Positions 41,095 to 49,707 of a stretch of 64,000 nucleotides of DNA are shown here, piece after piece. The DNA lies in NCBI GenBank assembly GCA_044370415.1, contig JBILVO010000001.1, positions 819 through 64,818 of the forward strand, given 5' to 3'. This stretch comes from Pirellulales bacterium (GTDB lineage: Bacteria; Planctomycetota; Planctomycetia; Pirellulales; UBA1268). A program made the translations under genes and the position numbers. Every line of letters begins with the position of its first letter. Within the stretch, counting starts at the first letter, position 1. Under the pieces are notes generated by a model, which was not told the origin of the DNA, did not search any database, and was given only the letters and a program-made list of their open reading frames with translations.

Positions 41095-42147
41095 TCACGG
41101 GAGGCCAGACAGACCGGACACGTCCGTGGGGTCCGCAAAGACCTGCAGCATGCCGCCCGGCAGCCGGCGGGCGAGCCGGTCGAGCCGGCCCTGCACCTTA
41201 TGCCGCGCATGCCGACCGGCCACGCGACGGATGGCCACGGCCGCGACCTGCCGCGGGTGGCGACGCGCGATCGCGGCGTAGACCTCCGGGTCCCGTTCGC
41301 CCGAGTCGCCCACCAGCAGGAACCTGCGGCCGGGAAAGTCGGCCATGATCTGCTCGATGATCCGCCGCTTCGAGTGCTTGCGGGACGGCAGCCGCCGCAA
41401 CGGCGTCGAATCCTTGAGACGAAAGAGCTTGAGATGCATCGAGCCGAAGGGGAGCTGCTCGTCCCGCAGGAAGCCGCACAGGCACCTGGCCAGCTGCCAC
41501 GGGCTCGCAGACACGTAGTGGAACACGGCCCCCTCACGCTCCCAGCCCCGGTAGACGTCCGCCATACCCGGCACGGCGGCGAATTCCCGCAGCAGCGTGT
41601 TGGCGAGCAGTTCCCTGCGGTCTGCGACGTTGGTCACCTTCACCGTGTCGTCGATGTCCGACACGACGGAAAGCCCCTGCTCGTCGATCATCTGGATGCG
41701 GCCGCTCGCGGACGGCGACGCGGCTCCGGGAGGGGCCGGCCACGCCGCTGCGGCGTCGGGCTCGACGATCGCCTCGTAGGACAGCCAGCGCGAGCCGCCA
41801 GCGGGGCCCCCGGCCAGGGCGTCGACCTCCGCCTCGTCGAGGTCGATGGTCCGCTGGAAATGCCCCACGCGGTCGGACGCCCCCGCCTCCACAAGCCGGT
41901 CGCCGACGCGGATCCGCACGGGCTCACCCGCCACCCGCTGGAAGAGGAAGGCGTCCGCCCGGCGCTGGAAGATGTCTGACTGCAGGTGGGCGTCGTCGAG
42001 TTCGAGCAGTCGCTTGATGACGCCGATAGCGAGCGTGCGGCGGCGGCTTTTCGGCGGCAGCGGCCGTAAGATCATGCCGGCGACATGAGCCCGCCAGCGG
42101 CTCTCGCCGGGAATCCGCCGTGCATAGGTGGGGAATGGGATGATCAT
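41095..42147 (-). CDS. App1-family (DUF2183) phosphatidate-phosphatase-like HAD protein
   Basis: ATG 42147. VVSDIDDTVKVT (DxDxT) .. YVSASPWQL .. FLLVGDSGERDPEVY. Confidence 0.7.
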   Translation of the reverse strand: MIIPFPTYARRIPGESRWRAHVAGMILRPLPPKSRRRTLAIGVIKRLLELDDAHLQSDIFQRRADAFLFQRVAGEPVRIRVGDRLVEAGASDRVGHFQRTIDLDEAEVDALAGGPAGGSRWLSYEAIVEPDAAAAWPAPPGAASPSASGRIQMIDEQGLSVVSDIDDTVKVTNVADRRELLANTLLREFAAVPGMADVYRGWEREGAVFHYVSASPWQLARCLCGFLRDEQLPFGSMHLKLFRLKDSTPLRRLPSRKHSKRRIIEQIMADFPGRRFLLVGDSGERDPEVYAAIARRHPRQVAAVAIRRVAGRHARHKVQGRLDRLARRLPGGMLQVFADPTDVSGLSGLP

Positions 42148-42225
42148 GCCACCGAGGGGACGGCAGTGAGGCAGCGGTCGGGGCGATCCCCCGTGGTCTC
42201 GTCGCGACGCCATCGTGGCCGGTGC

Positions 42226-42254
42226 TTGCAGAGACGCGGAACCCATCTTACAAC
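42226..42254 (+). promoter_or_regulatory. Promoter-like hexamers TTGCAG - 17 nt - TACAAC upstream of the 29-codon ORF
   Basis: Read directly. Followed by hairpin GCGACC-agttc-GGTCGC (42262-42278) and GGAGGA (42284-42289). Confidence 0.35.
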
Positions 42255-42293
42255 CTCTGCCGCGACCAGTTCGGTCGCCACCTGGAGGAACGC

Positions 42294-42383
42294 ATGGGAG
42301 TCAAGAAAACGGGCAAGGGCCGCCGCAAGCTGGGCCAGAAGAAGCGGCGGATGCGGGCCAAGATCCGCCACCGCAAGGGCTGA
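42294..42383 (+). CDS. Untracked 29-codon ORF encoding an extremely basic peptide MGVKKTGKGRRKLGQKKRRMRAKIRHRKG (possible bS22-like small ribosomal protein)
   Basis: ATG 42294 lies 4 nt after GGAGGA. 15 of 29 residues are Lys/Arg. TGA at 42381-42383 is followed at once by a 9-bp perfect stem. Confidence 0.5.
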   Translation: MGVKKTGKGRRKLGQKKRRMRAKIRHRKG

Positions 42384-42416
42384 CGGCTGCCGCGTCCGAC
42401 GGCAGGACGGCAGCCG
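42384..42416 (+). terminator. Stem-loop CGGCTGCCG ... CGGCAGCCG immediately after the small ORF
   Basis: Perfect 9-bp inverted repeat (42384-42392 / 42408-42416). No U-tract, so terminator function is uncertain. Confidence 0.3.
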
Positions 42417-42714
42417 CCCTTGGCGCCTCTGGAGCATGTCGGCCCGCGGAAGACATCGGACCGCGGAGAACATCCGCTGCCGCGTGCGGCGGCGCGCCGG
42501 ACCCGCGGTGCGGCGCACGTCCGCCGACCGTGCCGCAGATCTCCCGTGCCGGTCGTCTCGTCACGATCCGCACAGCTTCACGACCGCGACGTGATGGATG
42601 CGGCAGAGGTCGTCGCTTTTTCTTGCCGCGCCTCAGGCGTGGGGTAGTTTTGCGTGGAGTCCGGGCGTCGTCCCGTGACCCGCGGTGAGAAACCCCGGCC
42701 AGGAGATCCGTTCG

Positions 42715-43194
42715 ATGCGTGCCGATTCATGGTGTCGCGCCACGGCGCGGTGCATGCCGCTGGTGGTGCTGGCGGCGGCCGCCAGCCTTTCCGGATGCAA
42801 GACGCTCAGCGAGCGGTACATCGCGCTGGAGGTCTGGAAGTACGAAAAATGCTTCGGACATCTCCCCCCCGGCTTCGTGCCCCCCGGCACTGTGGCCGCG
42901 GCAGCCCCGATGGCCGCAGCGGCACCGCCGATGCAGCCGTGCGGACAGGCCTCCGCCTGCCCGCCAGCCGCGTGCGGCGGCGAGGCCGTGGGCGGCATGG
43001 CCGGCAACTGCGGCGGCTGTCAGGGCGGGATCGTCGAGGGCGGCCTGCCTGCCGGTGCCGTCGTGTCGCCAGGTGTCATGTCGTCAGGTGTGCCGTCCGG
43101 TCCCGGCGGGTCGCCGGGCGCGGGCATCCCGACGCCGGCGTCCGTCACCAGCAGCCGGCCCGTCGTGATCTCGGACGAGGTCGTGCTGCCGTAG
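42715..43194 (+). CDS. Cys/Gly/Pro-rich lipoprotein
   Basis: ATG 42715 lies 8 nt after AGGAGA. Lipobox in MRADSWCRATARCMPLVVLAAAASLSGC. Confidence 0.6.
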   Translation: MRADSWCRATARCMPLVVLAAAASLSGCKTLSERYIALEVWKYEKCFGHLPPGFVPPGTVAAAAPMAAAAPPMQPCGQASACPPAACGGEAVGGMAGNCGGCQGGIVEGGLPAGAVVSPGVMSSGVPSGPGGSPGAGIPTPASVTSSRPVVISDEVVLP

Positions 43195-43211
43195 CACCGG
43201 GGCGGCAGTTC

Positions 43212-43333
43212 CGTGGCTGTGGAAAAAGCCCTCCCTGGCCTTTTTCCCCGAAGGGCGAGCGGCAAAAAGCCGAGGTTTTTCTGCGCTCGCTGCCCCCGCC
43301 TCCAGCGGCGGATGACTTTATCCACGGCCTCCT
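43212..43333 (+). repeat. Copy 3 of ~122-bp structured intergenic repeat
   Basis: Fills the gap between convergent stops (43192-43194 and 43332-43334). Its 3' end overlaps the panB stop codon. Confidence 0.9.
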
Positions 43334-44150
43334 ACCCCAGCGTCTCGCCGGGCCCGGGAAAGGACCGCTCCTCCACGTCGCGGCGCCAGCGGGCGACCGC
43401 GTCGCGAATCGTGCCGCCAACGTCGGCGTAGGACCGCACGAACCGCGGCACCCGGTCGAGCGACAGCCCGACCAGGTCGTGCATCACGAGCACCTGTCCG
43501 TCGCAGTGCGGCCCGGCGCCGATGCCGATCGTGGGCACGTCGAGCGAGCGTGTGATCCGCGCCGCCACGTCCTGCGGAATGCACTCCAACAGCACGGCAC
43601 AGGCGCCCGCATGGGCCGCCGCCTCCGCGTCGGCCAGCAGTTGGTCGACGTCCCGCTGCATGCGGTAGCCGCCGAGCTGGTGCACGGCCTGCGGCCGCAG
43701 GCCCACGTGCCCGATCACGGGGATGCCGGCGGCGGCGATGCCGGCGATGACGTCGGCCTGCCCGGCGGTGCCCTCGAGCTTGACGGCCTGGCAGTCGGTC
43801 TCCTTCAGCAGTCGCGCGGAGGCCTCGACGGCGGTCCGCACCCCGAGGTGCTGCAGTGGGAACGGCAGATCAACCACCACGAACGCCCGCGACACCGCCC
43901 GGCCCACAATCTCGCCGTGATAGATCATCTGCTCGAGAGTGGCCGGGATCGTCGACGACCGGCCAGCCACCACCATGGCGACGCTGTCCCCCACGAGCAC
44001 GCAATCGACGCCCGCCTCGTCAGCCAGCCGCCCCGTGGGCCAGTCGTAGGCCGTCACCATCGTCAGGGGCCGACCGGCACGCTTGGCGGCGGCCAGATCG
44101 CGCACGGTGACCCGGCGGGCTCCGGGCGGCGGCGATGCGGGAGTGGTCAT
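43332..44150 (-). CDS. panB: 3-methyl-2-oxobutanoate hydroxymethyltransferase
   Basis: VTVRDLAAAKRAGRPLTMVTAYDW .. VDCVLVGDSVAMVV .. VKLEG. I prefer ATG 44150 over track start 44219 because of N-terminal length relative to known PanB and a TATAAT overlapping 44219. Confidence 0.85.
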   Translation of the reverse strand: MTTPASPPPGARRVTVRDLAAAKRAGRPLTMVTAYDWPTGRLADEAGVDCVLVGDSVAMVVAGRSSTIPATLEQMIYHGEIVGRAVSRAFVVVDLPFPLQHLGVRTAVEASARLLKETDCQAVKLEGTAGQADVIAGIAAAGIPVIGHVGLRPQAVHQLGGYRMQRDVDQLLADAEAAAHAGACAVLLECIPQDVAARITRSLDVPTIGIGAGPHCDGQVLVMHDLVGLSLDRVPRFVRSYADVGGTIRDAVARWRRDVEERSFPGPGETLG

Positions 44151-44293
44151 GGTGCGACCGCGGGCGGGCGTTGGGATCGGACTCGCCGCCGGACGGACGG
44201 CTGGCGCGTTCACGTTCATTATACGATTTCACTATAGTAATCGGGCGGTGCGACCGCCGCCGCTGCGTGTCGTGCGGCAGGCGGGATGGCCCG

Positions 44294-45040
44294 ATGGCGA
44301 CCGAGACGGGAAGGGGTGTTTCCATGATGCCGCGACCGGTGACGACGCGACGGGGTGGTCGATCGTGGGCGACGTGGGGCATGACGCTGTCGGCCTGCCA
44401 GCTGTGGGCCGCCGCCGTCGAGGCGCAGCAGTGGCAGCCGCTCCCGCCGGAGGAGCGAAACGGCGTGATCATGGAGGTGGTCGGTCCCGCCATGCTGCAG
44501 GTGCGGCTGCCGAAGGAGGGGGCGACGATCTGGACCGTGGTGCCCGCGCCCAACATCCGCGTCGAGATCACCGGCGCGGCCAGCCGGGAGATGCTGCAGC
44601 CGGGCCAGTTCGTGACGGCGAGCGTGTCGATCGACGAGAAGGGGGCGGTGACCGAGCCGATTTCACGGCTGGTGTTTCCCGGAGGCGGCGTGCCCGGCGT
44701 GATCGCTCCCGGCATCGGCGACCAGGGGGGGAAGCGGCTCCCGGGCCGGCGGCCGGCCGGCACGTATCTCGTGTCGGGAACCATCAAGAAGGTCGAAGGC
44801 GACGTGGTCACCATCCAGGCCGGCAAGGACAAGTTCGACGTGCCCGTGCCGGAGACGGCCGAACTCGTCGTCAACACCACCGACATGTCGCTGGTCCGAC
44901 AGGGCGACTCCGTGGACGTGGAAGGCCGGTTCATCCAGCGGGGCCAGCTGCAGGCGTCGTCCCTGGCGGTCAAGCTTGCCAACCCGGTCACCCCGCCGCC
45001 CCAGAAGGGCTCGCGGCGGCCCGAAAAGGCCGCCAAGTGA
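44294..45040 (+). CDS. Secreted hypothetical protein
   Basis: In frame in ORF 44135..45040. Signal-like ..RSWATWGMTLSACQLWAAAVEA. Start could be ATG 44294 or 44324. Confidence 0.55.
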   Translation: MATETGRGVSMMPRPVTTRRGGRSWATWGMTLSACQLWAAAVEAQQWQPLPPEERNGVIMEVVGPAMLQVRLPKEGATIWTVVPAPNIRVEITGAASREMLQPGQFVTASVSIDEKGAVTEPISRLVFPGGGVPGVIAPGIGDQGGKRLPGRRPAGTYLVSGTIKKVEGDVVTIQAGKDKFDVPVPETAELVVNTTDMSLVRQGDSVDVEGRFIQRGQLQASSLAVKLANPVTPPPQKGSRRPEKAAK

Positions 45041-45168
45041 CGCGTCGGCCGCTGGGCCGCCGGCTCCGCGGTCCTGCTTTCGATCGTGCTGCACCGCTCG
45101 CGGCCTGCCCGTGATGCCGCACAACCTTCCGCCCCCGCAAAAAACCCAGCCTTCCCCGCCGGGTGACC

Positions 45169-45196
45169 TTGCGGCGACCCCCGGCCACCCTATAAT
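45169..45196 (+). promoter_or_regulatory. Promoter candidate TTGCGG - 16 nt - TATAAT upstream of tRNA-Gly
   Basis: Perfect -10 hexamer at 45191-45196, 66 nt upstream of the tRNA 5' end. Confidence 0.4.
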
Positions 45197-45262
45197 TCCG
45201 GGTTCCCTGACGGTTTTCGCGGGTTCCAATCCCGGATCCTGCGACGCCGTCGGAAACCGCCC

Positions 45263-45335
45263 GCGGGTGTAGCTCAGTTGGTAGAGCACCACGTTGCCAA
45301 CGTGGTTGTCGTGGGTTCGAATCCCATCACCCGCT
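45263..45335 (+). tRNA. tRNA-Gly (anticodon GCC)
   Basis: Manual cloverleaf: acceptor GCGGGTG/CACCCGC, D arm GCTC-AGTTGGTA-GAGC, anticodon arm CCACG-TTGCCAA-CGTGG, variable TTGTC, T arm GTGGG-TTCGAAT-CCCAT, discriminator T. No encoded CCA. Confidence 0.9.
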
Positions 45336-45487
45336 TCCGAGCCGCATGTTCCCCGGCGCCCCCGCCCGGGCCGTCTTCCTGGTGAGCCCTCGGGGCTGGC
45401 CGAGGGGCGCGGCCCGGCCGGCCGGGCGACCGCGGATCTGCCGCGGCACAAGTGTCCCGTTCCCTCCGTCGGCCCTCGGAAACACCC

Positions 45488-46978
45488 ATGTCTGCTCCCG
45501 CCAGCCCCACGTCCGCCCCCGGCTCCCCCGTTTCCGGCGACGAGTCGGCGACGCAGCCCCTGAAGCTCGAGGTGGCGATCGACAAGGTCTCCGCGTGCGA
45601 ACGCCGCGTGCGGGTGACGGTGCCACGGGAGGACATCGATCGCTACCGCGACCTGGCGCTGGGCGACATGATGCCGGCCGCCATGCTGCCCGGCTTCCGT
45701 CCCGGTCGGGCGCCGCGCCGCCTGGTCAGCAGCCGGTTCAAGTCGGAATTGTCGGATCAGATCCGCAGCAAGCTCCTCGCCGACGCGATGACGCAGGTGT
45801 CGGAGCAGGAGAAGCTGTCGCCCATCAGCGAGCCCGATCTCGACGTCAACGCCGTCATCATGCCGGACGACGGCGCGATGACGTTCGAGTTCACCATCGA
45901 GGTGCGGCCGGAGTTCGACCTGCCGGACTGGAAGGGCCTGTCGATCCGCCGCCCCTCGCGAACGATCTCGGACGCCGACGTCGAGGAGTCGCTGACGAAC
46001 CTGCTTCGCGAGCGGGCACGATTCGTGCCCCACGACGGCCCCGCGGCCGCCGGCGACCTCGTCGTCGCCACCCTGCGGTTCCTCGACGGCGACACGCTGC
46101 TGTCCGAGGCGACCGACCTGGAGATGATCGTCCGCCCCCGACTGTCGTTCGCCGACGCGGAGGTGGAGGGGTTCGACAAGCTCGTCGCCAAGGCCCGCCC
46201 AGGCACGACCGTCACGACGGCCGTGCGGGTGTCGGACGAGGCGGCCGTGGAATCACTCCGCGGTAAGGACGTGACGATGGAGGTCGTGATCGCCGACGTC
46301 AAGACGCTCGAGCTGCCCGAGCTCGGTGCCGAACTGCTGGAGGAGCTGGGCGGCTTCGCGTCTGCAGACGATCTCCGCTCCGCGGTCCGCAAGCAGCTCG
46401 AGGGCCAGCTGGAGTGGCATCAACGCCGCCAGGTCCGCCAGCAGGTGTCCAGCGCCCTCACCGCCTCGGCCGGCTGGGACCTGCCCCCCGACCTGCTGCG
46501 GCGCCAGAGCCTCCGCGAGCTCGAGCGGGCCATCCTCGAACTGCGTCGCAGCGGCTTCGACGACGACGCGATCCGGCAGCACGTCAACGAACTCCGTCAG
46601 ACGGTCATGGGAAGCACGGCCCGCGCGCTCAAGGAGCACTTCATCCTGGAGCGGATCGCGGAGGACCAGTCGATCGCCGACACCGCGGCCGACTACGACG
46701 AGGAGATCCGCGCCATCGCCGCCCAGTCGGGCGAATCGCCGCGCCGCGTGCGCGCCAACCTCGAGAAGCGCGGGCTCATGGACGTGCTCCGCAACCAGAT
46801 CATCGAGCGGAAGACGATCGACCTCGTGACATCGCACGCGAAGTTCACCGACGTACCGTTCGAGTTCCAGAAACGCGATGCGGAGGCCGTGGACCATGCC
46901 GTCTGCGGCGCCATCGTCGGCGAGGAGGAGATTCCGACGGCGACCCACCCGGAGCCCGCCGCGCCACGCCGCTCCTGA
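45488..46978 (+). CDS. tig: Trigger factor
   Basis: ATG 45488. Ribosome-binding signature GFRPGRAPRRLV after ..LKLEVAIDKVSACERRVRVTVP... Position directly upstream of clpP. Confidence 0.85.
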   Translation: MSAPASPTSAPGSPVSGDESATQPLKLEVAIDKVSACERRVRVTVPREDIDRYRDLALGDMMPAAMLPGFRPGRAPRRLVSSRFKSELSDQIRSKLLADAMTQVSEQEKLSPISEPDLDVNAVIMPDDGAMTFEFTIEVRPEFDLPDWKGLSIRRPSRTISDADVEESLTNLLRERARFVPHDGPAAAGDLVVATLRFLDGDTLLSEATDLEMIVRPRLSFADAEVEGFDKLVAKARPGTTVTTAVRVSDEAAVESLRGKDVTMEVVIADVKTLELPELGAELLEELGGFASADDLRSAVRKQLEGQLEWHQRRQVRQQVSSALTASAGWDLPPDLLRRQSLRELERAILELRRSGFDDDAIRQHVNELRQTVMGSTARALKEHFILERIAEDQSIADTAADYDEEIRAIAAQSGESPRRVRANLEKRGLMDVLRNQIIERKTIDLVTSHAKFTDVPFEFQKRDAEAVDHAVCGAIVGEEEIPTATHPEPAAPRRS

Positions 46979-47042
46979 GCGCGGCCAATCCCCGGCTCCA
47001 GCGCCCCCCGCCACCCGTCCCATCCGTCATCCGAGACATCCC

Positions 47043-47669
47043 ATGCACGATCGCGCATTCGTCCCGCACGCCTCCAGCGCCTACCGCGACTACCAGCGTC
47101 AGCGGCAGATGACGCTGGGCGACCTGCTCCTGGAAAACAGGATCATCCTGCTTCAGGGCGAGATCTACGACGGCAACGCCAACGAAGTGGTCATGAAGTT
47201 GCTCTACCTGCAGAGCGAGAACCGCCGCAAGGACATCCACTTCTACATCAACTCGCCGGGCGGCAGCGTGACGGCCACCATGGCGATCTACGACACGATG
47301 CAGATCCTCTCCTGCCCCGTGGCCACCTACTGCGTGGGGCTCGCCGCCAGCGGCGGCGCGGTGCTGCTCGCCGGCGGCGCGAAGGGGAAGCGTTTCGTGC
47401 TGCCGCACGCCAAGGTGATGATCCACCAGCCCTACGGGCAGGTCGGCGGGCAGGTCAGCGACATCGAGATCCAGGCGGACGAGATCATCAAGACCCGGGC
47501 GATCCTCAACGAGATTCTCGCCCGCCACACCGGCCAGCCCATCGAGCGGATCGCGAAGGACACCGACCGCGACCGCTACCTGACCGCCACCGAGGCGAAG
47601 GAATACAGGCTCGTCGACGAAGTGCTCACGAAGCCGCCGGCGGCGCCGGAGGACGAGGGCAAGGATTGA
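47043..47669 (+). CDS. clpP: ATP-dependent Clp protease proteolytic subunit (paralogue 1)
   Basis: ATG 47043. [23 protein letters not shown] (Ser) .. AKVMIHQP (His) .. DTDRDRYL (Asp). Confidence 0.9.
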   Translation: MHDRAFVPHASSAYRDYQRQRQMTLGDLLLENRIILLQGEIYDGNANEVVMKLLYLQSENRRKDIHFYINSPGGSVTATMAIYDTMQILSCPVATYCVGLAASGGAVLLAGGAKGKRFVLPHAKVMIHQPYGQVGGQVSDIEIQADEIIKTRAILNEILARHTGQPIERIAKDTDRDRYLTATEAKEYRLVDEVLTKPPAAPEDEGKD

Positions 47670-47730
47670 GCCCGCCAGCGTTCCCGTTCCGATCCACGAG
47701 CATCCCTCCAGCCCCGCCGAGACGCCGTCC

Positions 47731-48345
47731 ATGCCCCTGATTCCCTACGTGATCGAGAAGAGCGGCCGCGAAGAGCGGGCGATGGACATCTACAGCCGGC
47801 TCCTCAAGGACCGGATCGTGTTCCTCGGCTCGCAGGTCAACGACGAGGTCGCCAACGCGATCGTGGCGCAACTTCTGTTCCTGCAGTCGGACGACCCGAA
47901 GGCGGACATCCATCTCTACATCAATTCGCCGGGCGGCAGCGTCACGGCGGGTCTGGCCATCTACGACACGATGCAGTTCGTGACCTGCGACGTGGCGACC
48001 TACTGCATCGGCCAGTGCGCCTCGATGGGCGCGGTCCTGCTCACCGCCGGAGCCAAGGGGAAGCGGCGGGCGCTGCCGAACGCCCGCATCATGATCCACC
48101 AGCCCCTGGCCGGCATGGAAGGCACGGCGGAGGAGATCATGATCCACGCCAAGGAATTCAAGAACATCAAGCACAAGCTCAACGCGATCCTGCTCAAGCA
48201 CACCGGCCACCCGCTGGAGAAGATCGAGCAGGACACCGATCGCGACCGCTTCATGTCGGCGCACGAGGCGATGGAGTATCGGCTCATCGACGAGGTGATC
48301 GACCGGATGCCGACCGCCGGCAAGGTGGAGCCGAAGGGCGGTTGA
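47731..48345 (+). CDS. clpP: ATP-dependent Clp protease proteolytic subunit (paralogue 2)
   Basis: [23 protein letters not shown] .. [13 protein letters not shown] .. ARIMIHQP .. DTDRDRFM. Confidence 0.9.
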   Translation: MPLIPYVIEKSGREERAMDIYSRLLKDRIVFLGSQVNDEVANAIVAQLLFLQSDDPKADIHLYINSPGGSVTAGLAIYDTMQFVTCDVATYCIGQCASMGAVLLTAGAKGKRRALPNARIMIHQPLAGMEGTAEEIMIHAKEFKNIKHKLNAILLKHTGHPLEKIEQDTDRDRFMSAHEAMEYRLIDEVIDRMPTAGKVEPKGG

Positions 48346-48467
48346 CGCACGCAGGAGGCGGGGCGGCGGCTGCAAGCGAGGAGCGTGGGCAGGGAGGACG
48401 GGCGGACAGGAACGACGGTCGGCTGAAGACGCCCCGCGAGGGGCCGTGAGGCGCAAGGAGGCGCGTC

Positions 48468-49559
48468 ATGACACGATCACTGTGCCGGATGTTCGAGTGT
48501 GCTCCGACGGCCCTCCGCGGCCGCCTCGCAGCCGTCCTGTCGCTGCGTGCGGCCGGGGCGTCGGTGGCGACACGGGCGGCTCTCCTGGCCGCGGCGCTGT
48601 GCGCCGGCTGCAAGAGCGACCTGAGCCAGCAGCTGCTCGAGCGCGAGCTGCGGATGCAAGAGGATCAGATCTATCAGCTGCAGGACGAGCTGGAGGCGAA
48701 GTGCGCCCGGCTCGAACGGGTCGCCGGCGAGAACACGAGCCTGCGCCGCCAGCTCGGGTTCGCCGACAGCGACGTCGCGGCCCCCGCGCCGCGGTCGCTG
48801 CCCACGCCCCGCACACTGCCCACGCCCTCCTCCGGGCAGCCCACGCTCGTGCCGCCGCCGTTGACCATCCCAGGCGGCCCCGCATCGGGCGGCGGCGGCG
48901 GGCGGCTGCCACCGCCGATCTCGATCCCGTCGGCACCCGGCGGTGTCGCCCCGCCGAAGCTCGAGGGCGTGCCGCCGCTGCCGAGCGAGCCACGGCTGCC
49001 GGGGGCCGCCGCTCCGGCGGCCGCGACCGTGCTGCCGGCCGCCGCAGCCATGCCCGCCGCCGCCGACGTCGATCCCGGCGCCCGCCCCATCGCCCCGGCT
49101 CCCGCGACCGACGCCCAGCCACCCGCCGGCAAGCAGCTCTCCCACGAGGAGAGCCTTGCCGAGGCCGGGAAGATCACACACCTCGTCATCAATCAGTCCC
49201 GCACCGAGTGTTTCGACGGCACTGGCGACGGGCTCAGCGACGGAATCGCGCTGGTCATCGAGCCTCGCGATGACGACGAGCGTCTCGTGGCCGCCGCCGG
49301 CGACGTGGTGATCGCCGTCATCGACGACCGCGGCGGCCCGGTGGCACGCTGGGACATTCCGGCCCAGGAAGCGTTCACACACTTCCGGCGGACCTCCCGA
49401 AACCGTGGACTGCACTTCGTGCTCCGCTGGCCCGGGCAACCGCCGCAGGGCACGGCCGTCCGGCTGCTGGTGAAGCTCACCTGCTTCGACGGCGCGTCGT
49501 TCGAGACGGACTGCACGGTCGCGACGCAGCCCAACGGGATGGCCGGCGGACCTCGATAG
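48468..49559 (+). CDS. Lipoprotein with coiled-coil and Pro-rich segments
   Basis: AAGGAGG lies 7 nt upstream of ATG 48468. Lipobox ..LLAAALCAGC, a heptad-like LQQLLERELRMQEDQIYQLQDELEAK, then a Pro-rich linker and a C-terminal domain. Confidence 0.65.
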   Translation: MTRSLCRMFECAPTALRGRLAAVLSLRAAGASVATRAALLAAALCAGCKSDLSQQLLERELRMQEDQIYQLQDELEAKCARLERVAGENTSLRRQLGFADSDVAAPAPRSLPTPRTLPTPSSGQPTLVPPPLTIPGGPASGGGGGRLPPPISIPSAPGGVAPPKLEGVPPLPSEPRLPGAAAPAAATVLPAAAAMPAAADVDPGARPIAPAPATDAQPPAGKQLSHEESLAEAGKITHLVINQSRTECFDGTGDGLSDGIALVIEPRDDDERLVAAAGDVVIAVIDDRGGPVARWDIPAQEAFTHFRRTSRNRGLHFVLRWPGQPPQGTAVRLLVKLTCFDGASFETDCTVATQPNGMAGGPR

Positions 49560-49707
49560 GCCGCTTTGCGCAGCCGCGGAGCGGCGATCGAACGGAGTCG
49601 GGAGGCGGCCCACCGTCCCGCGATTTCCGGGAAAAACCGCCTCCGCGATCCCGGCGACCCGGTCCGTGCATTCCCGAAAAGCCCGCGTAGACTAGGGCTG
49701 CACGCGG

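Noticed and set aside
44217-44224. Track start ATG 44219 for panB
   Set aside because: A TATAAT on the minus strand overlaps this codon, and the resulting N-terminal extension is long compared with known PanB. ATG 44150 is preferred, though the longer form cannot be excluded.
45041-45340. Integrative or mobile element at tRNA-Gly
   Set aside because: No integrase, no direct repeat of the tRNA 3' end, and no compositional shift. The downstream genes are core (tig, clpP). Only a weak T-arm-like fragment lies upstream.
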